From Oikopleura dioica (taxonomy: Eukaryota; Animalia; Chordata), in assembly GCA_907165135.1 (NCBI GenBank), contig OU015567.1:2604001-2668000 (forward strand): a stretch of 64,000 nt of DNA. Direction: 5' to 3'. Each line of letters starts with the position of its first letter. Positions within the stretch are counted from its first letter, which is position 1. Under the pieces are notes generated by a model that was given only the letters and a program-made list of their open reading frames with translations, was not told where the DNA came from and did not search any database. Position numbers and translations under genes: made by a program. Positions 1 to 10,822 of the stretch are shown here, piece after piece.

Positions 1-1139
1 AGTATCAACCACAAGGAAAGTAGATATTAAAAAATCAACTACAGAGGCGACATCAACGATGAAAATAACAACTACAACTACAACTACAACAACTAAAGCT
101 GATACTACTGCCTCGAATACTTGCGAAAAATATTTTGGCGAACTAACAGGAGAATTACCAGAACAAAATTGCCCGACTTCTGTTACAGGAAAGGATTGCG
201 ACTGCCCTGCAATCTTCGAAAGACAACAGGACGAAAGTGGAAACTTCATGAAAGCTGATTACGCGACGGCTCATAATCATTGCGAAAGCAAACAAGGTTA
301 TCTTGCCTTTTTCTTGAATTCGGATGAGTTCGATAATTACAAGGATAATTATCGAGTAAATACAGATCAAGAATACATTGGTTATTGGTCCTGTGATCAT
401 CAGAATTTCAAGACAGTAGACGGCGATGAAGCTTCTTTTACTGACTGGGACGAAACCGTGCCTAGTTATCAAGGAGAAAACCAATTTTGCGGCGTTCTTC
501 GACCAAATGGAAAAATGGACAATGCTCGGTGCGACAGAAGACTTGAGTTTTCTTGTCGCTTGCCTCAAGTTTGTCTGTCTACTGACACATGCGAGGAATA
601 TTTTTGTCATTATGGTAAAATATGCAATGATCAAGTGGGCCACCGAAAATTGGAAAGAAGTGAATGTCCAACTTCTTACAGTGGGGAGAATTGTGAGTGT
701 GGTCCTGTTTTTGTTCCACAGACAGATGCGGTTGGAAACATTATCAAAGCAGATTACGCTACTGCTAATAAAATTTGCCGTCGCCAAGGCGGCTTCTTGG
801 CGTTTATTTTGGATCGAAAAGAATACAAAGATTACTTAAGTTCTGTTGATTTCTCGAAGTTTGAAGGTGATGCCTTCAATTATGCCACTGAATACTTCGG
901 TAAGGAAAAAAGATTATTCAATAAATGATTGTTAAGGCTACCATTCATGTGAGCTTCCAACATTCTACACAGATGCTGGAAAAGAGGCAGAGTGGATACA
1001 TGAGAATTGGAAAGAAGGCGAACCAAATAACCTTCATGGAATTGAATACTGTGTTGTGAATACAAGATGGAAGACATTTAATGATTATAAATGTACTGAA
1101 AATCTCCCCTTTGCCTGCAGATTTTCTAAAAACTGTTAA
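1..1139 (+). CDS. Tandem C-type lectin domain protein with Thr-rich stalk (5' end lies upstream of the window)
   Basis: ORF 59..928 is open back to the window edge. Two CTLD-like units (C-x4-GYLAFF, YIGYWSC, C-D-x3-EFSCRL). A GT-AG intron at 900..936 leads to a last exon containing WKEGEPNN (EPN motif) and ending FACRFSKNC* at 1139. Confidence 0.85.
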
Positions 1140-1273
1140 TAAAATCAATTCTTTTTGTTAAAATTTCTCATTTAGAATTCACACGAGAACAGATTCGAGG
1201 AAATACAAAGTATTTTGATAGAAGAAAGCTTTATTCATCGCATTATGCATTATTTGATTTATTGTATCAATTA

Positions 1274-2654
1274 TTATTGACAATTTTTGGAAAATCGACA
1301 GGCAAATGGAAGAGATTTATCACAGTAATAATCATTAAACTCTTTCCAATAAGTCATGGCAACACAGTACTCGATCCCATCCCTGTTGTTTGGCTCGCCT
1401 TGTGCCCAAATTTCGTTTATCCACGTCGCCTCGTTTCCATCATCTGTGTAGAATGTAGGAAGCCCACAAGAGTGATAGCCTTAACAATTTTTCAGAGAGA
1501 AAACCTTCTGTTTTACCTAAGTATTCAGTGCCATAAGCAAATGCATCACTCGTGTCACTTTTTGGAAACCAAACAGAACTCGTGTAATCATCGTGTTCCT
1601 TCTGATTCAAAAGAAACGCAAGAAAGCCGCCTTGACGACGGCAAATCTTATTCGCAGTTGCGTAATCTGCTTCGATGAACTTTCCGAACTCGTCTGTTTG
1701 AGGGACAAAAATAGGGCCGCATTCACAATTCTGTCCACTGTAAGAAGTCGGACACTTTGGTTTTTCGGATGTCGAGACGTCATCATTGTGATAACAAATA
1801 TTTCCATAGCGACAAAAGTATTCCTCACAGTTATCTTGAGACAGACAAAGTTGAGGCAGTCGACAAGAGAACTCGTATTCTCTATCGCATGGAACACTGC
1901 TCATTTTTCCATTAGGGAGGAGAGAGATACAAACCTCATTTCCATTGTCATTATTCGGTTCGCCCCAGCCCCAGTTGGTAAACTCCGCTTCGTTCCCATC
2001 AGCTGTCATAAAATTCGGATGATCACATGACCAATAGCCAATATACTCCTGATTATTATTGAGTTTGTAATCATCAAATTCTTTTTGATCCAAGAAAAAA
2101 GCAAGATATCCTCCTTGATTCCGACAATGCTTGTGCGCTGTTGAATAGTCTGCTTTCATGAAATTCCCGTTGTTATCTCTTTGTCTTTCGAATTTCGATG
2201 GACACTTGCAATTCTCACCAGTCACAGAAGTTGGGCAATCTTGTATCGGATTTTCTTCTTCTGTGAGTTCCCGAAAATATTCTTCGCAAGTTTGCGGTCG
2301 TGTTGTGGCAAATTCTTTAGTTGCTGCTCCTTTTGTAGGAATAATCTCTGTAACTGTCGTTTTTATTGTTGTTTTAAGTGGTTTAGTCGTTGTTGATGTT
2401 GTCGTTGTTGCTGAAATACTCGAAATAGTCAAAACCTCTGAAGTTGATGCTGACAATGTTTCTTTTGTTGCCTTCGTCGATGGTCCTGTTGTCGATGCTT
2501 CTAGTGCAAAAGTCGTTTCTTGATCTTCCGAGGACTCATGTTCTTCGAATAATATTTTCTTGAAGAACTTTGGAGAGCTCAAAATCGTCCCGATTGCCGC
2601 AAAAGAAAGTGTTAGGCCGAGGAAAAATAAAAAACGGTCTCGTTTTCTAGCCAT
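1274..2654 (-). CDS. Type II membrane C-type lectin, paralog of the locus at 1..1139
   Basis: ORF 1440..2654 has an N-terminal hydrophobic anchor, a Thr-rich stalk and a CTLD with WGWGEPNN. A 37-nt GT-AG intron (1480..1516) leads to a last exon with GEPNN and a stop at 1274..1276. Confidence 0.88.
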
Positions 2655-2705
2655 TTTGGTCTTTTTCAGAAATTCTGTATTTCACCAAAAATAAATGCTG
2701 GTTAT

Positions 2706-2918
2706 CGGAAACTCAATGGTGCTATCGAGCGATTCTTTCGGAATTTTAGTTGGGGAAATAAGCTAGTGTCAATATGTCATAGATAAAAAACAGATTTCAC
2801 ATGTGCCGTATCTTGGCTACTGCGATTAATCAGCGTTGATAATAACCGCAATTTGCAATTTCTGATGCAAAGTTATTCAAGTTCGGTACTGCCCTTCTGT
2901 TAGGCTAGTTCCGTTTTC
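2706..2918 (+). repeat. Diverged ~210-bp direct repeat, copy 1
   Basis: Shares blocks CGGAAACT, CTATCGAG-GATTCT, TTATTCAAGT-CGGTACTGCCCT and AGGCTA-TTCCGTTTTC with 4907..5105. Confidence 0.65.
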
Positions 2919-3151
2919 AAAAATTTCAAAAATGATTGATAGTGTTTTTTTCTCAAAAGAAGTATCTGACAATTTGGATTTTATCTACTGATCCTGCTCT
3001 TTTTTTTGAGCAAATCACAAAATTATCGATTCAGATAGTTATGCATTATATTCATACAAAAGTCAAGAGTTCAATCAGTCTTAAAGTCATGACCTTAAAA
3101 ATCAAACTCGCACTGCGAAATAAGACATTTTTCTCAAAAAATGCCGCCGAA

Positions 3152-4855
3152 ATGGAGAAATGTCTGTTTTTCTTCGCTATTATGGCAGCTTTGGCGTCAG
3201 TCGGCACAATTTTGAGCTCACTCGTATTTCTTAATAAGAGAGTATACGACCTTCGCCCCTGCAAGTTGGTCAATTTTTGCTTTATTTTCTAAAATTTTCA
3301 GGGATCAACATCTGCAATCTCAATGTCGGGACAGATGCAAACATTATCAAAACTGTCGTATCCTGTGTGAGACTCAGTACTGCCAGAGCATTTGCAAGGA
3401 AGCATTCGATGAATGTAACGAAGACTGTCCTTGTGGAAAAAATTGCCAAAATGGCTGCATCGACTGCTCGAACCCAATTTGCGCTGAAACCGATCAGACA
3501 ACCCAATCAAATTCAATAACAACGCCAGAACTAACCACGAAAGAAATTAAAACGAATCCAAGTGAAGTTACTTATATACCAGAAAGAACCAAGGCAACAA
3601 CAGCTAAGATTGAAGTTATTTCGAGTATTTCGGAAATAACAGGATTGTCGACCTCAAAAATCATTTCAAGAACGCATTTGACAACAGAAGCCGTTGAAAT
3701 TTAAACAAAAATCGTAATAACAACAGAGAAAACGACGACTTCAAAAGAAAGCGCTAAGACCACTACCGATCAATCAAGGAAATCGACTCCCCTAAGTGTG
3801 ATCACAACAAGCGCTTACCTTCCAACAACACATATGAGCTTGGTAGGCGAACCAGAGAAACTCACTTGTTATGACTTCTTCTGCAACGTCGGGAGAATCT
3901 GTGAGTATGAACAACAAAAGTGTCCAACTTCATATACTGGCGATGATTGTGAATGTCCACCTCTTTTCGAAAAGCAATACGATGATGATGGACGCCCTCT
4001 AAAAGCTACTTTTGAAGTAGCGCATAAGCTTTGCAATGATAATGGAGGCTATCTTACATTCTTTCTGGATCAGAATGAGCTCGATATGTATACTAACAGC
4101 TCTGGCTACAATGCGCATACAGAATATCTCGGGATGTTTTCATGTGATCACCCAAATTTCAAAACTGTTGATGGTAATGATGATCTCTTCTTCAGGGTAT
4201 AATAATCAGGGTAGAAAAGAAAACTGCGTGCAGATTTATTCTTTCTTGAAAATGAACGATATTCGATGCGATAAAGAGCTTGAGTTTTCCTGTCGGTTGC
4301 CTCAAGTTTGCCTCACCATGGATACCTGTGAAGAATATTTTTGCCATCATGCGATCGTCTGTAATCACAAACAAAGCACATTAAAGCTTTCAGAGGCTAA
4401 TGAGTTAGATTTGTCTGGTCAAAAAAGCTGTAATCCAAGTTTCGTTTTTCAAAAAGATGAGTCTGGAAATTTTATTGAAACGAATTATGCTACTGCGAAT
4501 GAGATCTGCCGCAGCCAAGGTGGCTATGTTGCATTTTTCAGAAATAGAATTGAATACAACAACTATTTACGAGCTCGTCCAAGATATAATGATGATTGGC
4601 AAGATTACGCGAATGAATATTTAGGTAAATAATTTTAAGTTCTTAGTTAAAATCTCATAAGGCTATCATTCGTGCGACCTCTCTACGTTTTACACAGATG
4701 ACGGAAATGAAGCAACTTTTGTCAAATGGCAGCCTGGTGAGCCCAATAACATGGATGGAATTGAATATTGCGTCGGCATGACAAAATTCGAAACTTTCAA
4801 TGATTTTTGGTGCGATGCAAAAATCAAGTTTGCCTGTCGATTCGAAGACTGTTAA
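3152..4855 (+). CDS. Third C-type lectin paralog with an extra Cys-rich N-terminal domain; possibly disrupted or pseudogene
   Basis: MEKCLFFF... anchor, Cys-rich exon (CRDRC...CPCGKNCQNGCIDCSNPIC), Thr-rich stalk with an in-frame TAA at 3702..3704, and a frame switch near 4190..4200. The conserved 37-nt intron is at 4625..4661 and the last exon carries GEPNN with a stop at 4853..4855. Confidence 0.7.
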
Positions 4856-4906
4856 TTAAATTCTTCTTCTCCCGCTTTTATCATGCGTTTTTAAATACTT
4901 GTGTTC

Positions 4907-5105
4907 CGGAAACTTAGTTACTATCGAGTGATTCTCAGTGAATTTCAGTTGAGGAAATACTGTATTTCAAATACACCCGTGTTTATATGTTGCTGGATCT
5001 TGAGAAATAGAAATGCGTTAAATAAGCATTAATAATAAGCGCTATTCGCAATTGCTGATACAAATTTATTCAAGTGCGGTACTGCCCTAGGCTAATTCCG
5101 TTTTC
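4907..5105 (+). repeat. Diverged ~200-bp direct repeat, copy 2
   Basis: Same ordered blocks as 2706..2918. Confidence 0.65.
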
Positions 5106-5256
5106 CGGCGGAATGAAAATTTGTCCTAATAACAAATCAATAATATAGTTCTCCAGATGAGCCTAGAGAAGTAATTTCCAGCAAAAATGCCACGATCTTA
5201 ACTCGTTTAGATTCACGATCGATTATGCTGACCGGCGGGTTAAGCTGATCGCTGGC

Positions 5257-7122
5257 ATGAGAAGGAGATATAATCAAGATGATGGGCCTTTGGATAAGAT
5301 TCTCAAGAGAAAATGGAACGAGGCGATGGAAAACGGGGCTTTTCTTCATCCTGTTGATGGACAAGTTCGACATTTTGAAGGAAAACGCGGCTGGGTCGGG
5401 GTCTTTTCTCCAGTTCGCGCGAGCAAGAAACGATCGACTCCGAATTTCAAGACTGTGATTCAAGACTTTCCCAGAGAAAAGTTCAACTTCTCAAAAGTTA
5501 AGGATGAGGAGCGACTATTCGAGTTCGAGAATAAAGGGAAACGATACGAAATGATTATCAACAACTCCCCCTATGCTTTTGGCCACTCTCTGCTGATTCC
5601 AGAACCGAAAGCAGAGTTCCCGCAGTTGTTGACGAAAGACGCGATCGAGACGGCAATCGAGACAATGTTCCAGAGCAATGCTGTTGGATTCAGAATGATG
5701 TTCAACTCAAGTAGGATTTTTCGCTCTAGAAAAATGTTTAAATCATTTAAGGGGGTGGTGGTCGAGACTAAGACTTTTTTCAACCTAAAAAAACTCCAAC
5801 TTTTTCAAAAAAAATTTTTTTTCTCTAATCGAAAATAAGTTAAAAAAGGTCCAATTTATGTGGGCGGCTATATTTGCAAAAAATATTTTTTCGAAAAAAT
5901 GGTGAAAATTTTTTCAAAGTAGACCCATCTCTTGACCTAAAAAACTCGATCCCCTTATTATTTTTTCGAAATAAAACTTACTAAGAGCAAAGTTTAGACC
6001 CTTTAGCGTGTGGGCGGCTTAGTTTTAGAAAGTTCACCTTGTTAGAAAAGAAAATAGTAATTGAATGAAAACATGTTGTTTTCTGAAAAATCGTCATTTC
6101 ACTCATTTTTTAATGAAATTTTCGTAAACCTCACAATAATCGTAATTTTTTTAGATTTTTATAATTGAAACATAATCAAGAAACATAACCTCGCAATGAA
6201 AAAACAATTTTGAGTCGGTTTAAGTGAGAAAAACGCGTTTCAAAACTCCCGAAAATGGCGATTTCATAGCATAAAATCTAAAATTTTCTTAAATAAAGTT
6301 GGTCCAATCAAAAAAAGCTAGCGACCAAAAATGCTCCTTTTTTATCAAGGAATCTAAAAATAATATAAAAATTTCAAAAAGTCGAAAAAACTTTTCTCGA
6401 CTACCACCCCCTTAAGTCTGCGGTTGCGGCTCAGTAAATCACCTTCATTTCCAATGCTACTACAATGACTACAGAATTCCATCAGAAGACATTGAGTGCG
6501 ACCCAATTCATTCTTGCGTTTCAAAGTCCGACTCCGGCCGGCAAGTGGAGGAGAAATTGTACGCCATCAAACGAACCTTTCCAGTCAGAGGATTTATTGT
6601 TGAAGCAAACGACCGAAATCTAGGATCGGATATTAAATTATAGAAAATTATTTTTAGAAATATTATATTCATCATCCGAGCAAAGAAAAAGTAGCGGAAT
6701 TCGTTGCGAAATTGACCAACTCTTGGGCAAAAGCAAATATGGCCCACAACGTCGCACTAATCAGAGGCAAGCATCTTCATCACGAGATTGATAACGATGA
6801 GTTTGTCTTGAGAGTTTACATTTGGCCAAGAAGACCAACTCTCGGAGAAAGAGTAATTCCTTTATCGCATAAATACAGTGTTACTTTTTGCTCTAGAATT
6901 TCGAAGATTTCCACTGCGCGGTGACAGAACTCATCGGCGATTGCTACTTCGGCACTGAGCAGCAGCACAAAAACTGGATCGCAGACGACATTGTCCAAAA
7001 CCTATCAGGTCTGATTTCTTATCATTTTTTCTTTACAATTTTTAGCTTACGATATTGGTGAAGAGTTCGAACGCGTTACTGGAGAAACTATGGCGCTTTT
7101 CACATCTATCTTTTCAAAATAA
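5257..7122 (+). CDS. GDPGP1: GDP-D-glucose phosphorylase 1 (VTC2/GDPGP1 family)
   Basis: RASKKR, FNFSK, IINNSPYAFGHSLLIPE and PQLLT motifs. After splicing 5711..6416 the protein reads FNSICGCGSVNHLHFQ (HIT-like HLHFQ motif of this family). Later exons give HNVALIRG, RVYIWPR and a stop at 7120..7122. Confidence 0.85.
5751..6411. mobile_element. Non-autonomous TTAA-flanked DNA element (Kolobok-like) in GDPGP1 intron 1
   Basis: TTAA at 5747..5750 and 6412..6415. Imperfect ~35-bp TIR: GGGGGTGGTGGTCGAGAC... versus ...CTCGACTACCACCCCC. Termini are 5'-GG...CC-3'; no transposase ORF. Confidence 0.8.
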
Positions 7123-7332
7123 ACTGCGAAATAGACGAGTTAATAAATTGAGTTTAGTGCGACTCCTTGTTCTTACGAAATTGTAAACCGGGCGCAGGTG
7201 AATTAAATAACTATTACGGTCGAATTCGTGGCCTACGGGGATCAAGAGCTCAACCAAAAATCAGGAGTTCCTTTCACGTTGAATTCAGAACCTCAGTCAC
7301 TAAAAAGAGAGAAAAATTTAAGAAAAGAGAAA

Positions 7333-9506
7333 ATGAAAATTTTACCAAGCTTATTTGCTTTTTCCTTGAGTGAAGAAAATGTAAAGAGACCAAATGTGAT
7401 CCTACTTCTCGCCGATGATTTTGGCATGGGCGACTTTCAAATCAATAATTCCCGCGCCAAAGTCCCAACTCCCAACATTGACAGAATCGGAAAAGAAGGA
7501 ATCAACTTCCGCGATGGTCACAGTGCTTCAAGTCGATGTGCTCCAAGTCGGTACATGCTCATGACGGGAAGATACAGTCTGGGAATCGAGCGAAACAGAA
7601 TTTTGAAGAAGGGAACTCCGCATCTTGGCGAAATGTTCAAAAAAGCAGGCTACAGAACAGCGGTCATCGGAAAAGATCAACCGCTCAATGTCAAGATCAA
7701 GAACACCAGCATCAGCAACGAAAAAGCTAACGAAATCATGAACGCTAGAATCGCCTACAAAAAGAAGAACTTCGGCGAAGATATGGTCCGAGATCCGGGA
7801 ATGGACAATAAGAATTTCTACGTTCCGGGCGACTACAAAATGACCGTCAGCCAAAAAGACTTCAATTACGACTATGCTTTCACCTCAACTTCACCTTGCT
7901 GTCTTCCTGCTGGTTTCTTTGAAAACGGAGTCGGGATCGAGCCCTTCGACAGATACGCAATTCAGCGGCCATTTCCAGAAGGCGTTGAAAATCGAAGCAA
8001 AGATGGTTTCTCCGAAGAAATTGCAAAGCGAGATGATTTTTGGTCATACCACACATTCAATCCTTTCTACAGATGGTCTACGGAAGAAGAGAGTATTACC
8101 GCGCGGTTCAAGAGCGGTTACGTCGCAGAGCCATTCTTTGAAGAGCCAGAATATGGACCAGTTTTGATGGGAAACTATCCAAGCTCGATTCTTGTTCAGG
8201 AAAGTTGTTTTAATAAACACCATAATAACAATATTAGTCGTATGAGTATGAAGATTTTTTGGATAGATAGTCGATAGCCATTGAAAAAGCGAAATTGGTA
8301 TGGTATTCAGACGTGATGTTTTTGATAGATATTTACAGATAAAAACAACCTACAAGAACTCTTATGACTCGCGAAATGCCGAAGATGTCATTCTTCCCAG
8401 AGCCCTCAACTTCATCGAGGAAAACGCGAACCAAGATGAGCCCTTTTTCATGTACTACGGCCTTCGCTCCGGTCATCGTCCTTTCAACTCTCCTGAGCGA
8501 TACAGAAATACAACCGAAGCTGGCCTTGTTGGCGAAATGATCAAAGAAGTCGACGAGAACGTTGGAATCCTGTTCGACAAGTTGGAAGAACTCGGCATCG
8601 ATGATGATACTCTGATGGTTTTCATGTCTGATAATGGAGCAGATCAGAGCTCGGATTTTAGCTGGATGAAATATGGACACATGCAGAACTCGATGGATAT
8701 TGATGATCGGCCATCAGTTCCACTTAGAGGTAATGTTATATAACGATATCACGATTGAATCAATATATTATTGACAATTATCCACCTAAAGAAGAATTCG
8801 AAATTTGGTCGGAAAGGCAATTCCCACTGCCAAGAGTAACGTAATGATTCGACGGGATAATGGAGATTTACGGTGTAATTCACCGAGAGTCGAATTGAAA
8901 AGTATTTATTGTTTTATAAGAATATTACGTTACGGTTTTTACATTTTCATTTCAGGAACAAAAAACACTCCATATGAAGGCGGCCACAGAAATTCTTTCA
9001 TGTGGCGCTGGCCAGCAAAATGGGCTCCACAAACCATTGAAACAACAACAGTCTCCTACCTTGACGTCTTTGGAACTCTCGCTGACATCATCGGCTACGA
9101 GCGAAAATGCAACGAAGCTCCCGACAGTCGATCGCTCGTCCCACTCATCGAAAAAGGAGAGAAGCCATTTCCTGAAGAAGTGATTCACCACTCGGTCGCG
9201 CATAAAATCAGTTTGGGTGGAGTAGCGCTGAGACAAGGGGACTGGAAATGGATTCCAGGAACGAATGAATTGTTTCATATCGGAGCTGATCGATCAGAAA
9301 AGAGGAATAAATATGAAGATCGCCCGGCACTTGTAAGGAACGGTTTTGAAATCAATTTTTAGTTAAAAATTATCGAATTTCATTGAAAAAATAAGCTTTT
9401 GAAACCCGTCAAAAGACAAATGAACGAAACTCTTAATGAAATTCTCGCAAAAATCGATGAGCGAGAAGCTCTTCAAAACGAAGGCGCTCTAGAAATCTGC
9501 ATGTAA
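7333..9506 (+). CDS. Secreted sulfatase (formylglycine-dependent S1 family)
   Basis: Signal peptide, RPNVILLLADDFG, C-A-P-S-R catalytic motif, GKD, FMSDNG and LRG|TKNTPYEGGHR. Inferred introns at 8200..8338 (GA-AG), ~8731..8955 and ~9334..9396; stop at 9504..9506. Confidence 0.9.
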
Positions 9507-9814
9507 ATGTCCACCTATCTTCCTGTATTAAAATATGTATCCGACAAGTTTTTTCAATAAAAAAGCATTGTGACAAGCTCAAATTCATTTTCAACGTCAC
9601 CTCTCTCTCTTTTTATACAGCTCCAGCTATCGTGTTAATTTCATCACCTGGATACGTGTGATAGAAACTGTCAACAACTTTTATTGCCCTTTCAGCCCCT
9701 CTGCATGTCTCTTTCACAGTCGATCAAATGATCCAGAAATAGAGATATTCGAGGGAGAAATCATCAAATAAAAAAATAGATATATAAGCAAATTTTCTCG
9801 TTCGAGCGGCAGAA

Positions 9815-10096
9815 ATGGACGAGGTCGATCGAGAAGAAGCTAGAAAACCGGATGACGATTTTGACGAGATTTCAGAAGAAAAAATAAGCAACCGGTAAAT
9901 TCAAGCAAAGAAATGTTCTCAACCCATTTTGAAAAGGAAAAAGCCTCGAACGCTAAATAATTAATTGCAGTTTTATTTCATCGAAAATTTCAGCCTTCGA
10001 GTTCGATGTTGTCAAGTTTCCGTCCTCATCGCCGTTTTCTGCGTCCTTGTCATGCTCTGCATCCACTTTTACCTTGTCGTTTTTGTCAATGAATAA
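9815..10096 (+). CDS. Small acidic protein with a C-terminal transmembrane segment (tail-anchored-like)
   Basis: ATG at 9815 and a GT-AG intron 9895..9993 give MDEVDREE...NRLRVRCCQVSVLIAVFCVLVMLCIHFYLVVFVNE*. Confidence 0.5.
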
Positions 10097-10137
10097 AAGA
10101 AAAGTCCTGTGTTCCCTTCATTGAAATTCCTATATTT

Positions 10138-10409
10138 TCATTCAATCTCTGTCAGAACAGTATCAAAGTTTCTCCACTCATCAACCTTGAACAGCCACCA
10201 TTCGGTATCTTCCTGCTCTGAGGGGCAATTCTTGTGGAAGTTACCCCAAGCATACGCTCCAAGGCCGTCGGGAAGGTAGGAAAAATGCCACTTTTTCACG
10301 CCAAAGGTTTCGATGACGTAGAGATACCTTTCGTCGCCATTTGCCACGTAGATAGGGTGGCCATTATCAGATTGACCGTCGAGGACGTAGTTGCCCTCCC
10401 ACTCGGGCA
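10138..10409 (-). CDS. Terminal exon of an uncharacterised extracellular-type protein; upstream exons not resolved
   Basis: Open frame VKNLPEWEGNYVLDGQSDNGHPIYVANGDERYLY...W...CP...WW ends at a stop at 10138 and is preceded by a CAG acceptor. Confidence 0.5.
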
Positions 10410-10822
10410 GATTTTTAACTGATTTTGAAATTTAGACTTTGACTTTTTCGGACAATTTTCACCTGTAACACCATTTTTGCATGGGTTCCCGTCTGTTTTT
10501 AAATTCTCTGAAAAACAAACTTGCCATATACAAAAGCTTGAAATCCTCATTTTTAAAAAAAGGGTTTGAACCGAATCCCCCGAAGGATGAGAAACCCGAG
10601 CGCTGACTATGTAAACAGCTGATTGTTTTGTTAAAGATATTGGCAACTAAGATTATCTTATTGCTCAAAAGCTCCAAAACGATTTCAAAAATGACTAAGC
10701 GATATTTAAGAAAATCATAAAAGGTTAATTTATCATATCTTTTTTTAGTTTTTCTGAGAAATTGAAAACGACCAATTATCACAATAATCAGGAGTAAAAA
10801 ACTGAACCGATATTCACGAAAT

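Noticed and set aside
4174-4195. 22-nt GT..AG span that would also fix the lectin frameshift
   Set aside because: It has good-looking ends but is much shorter than any other intron inferred with confidence here (about 36 nt minimum).
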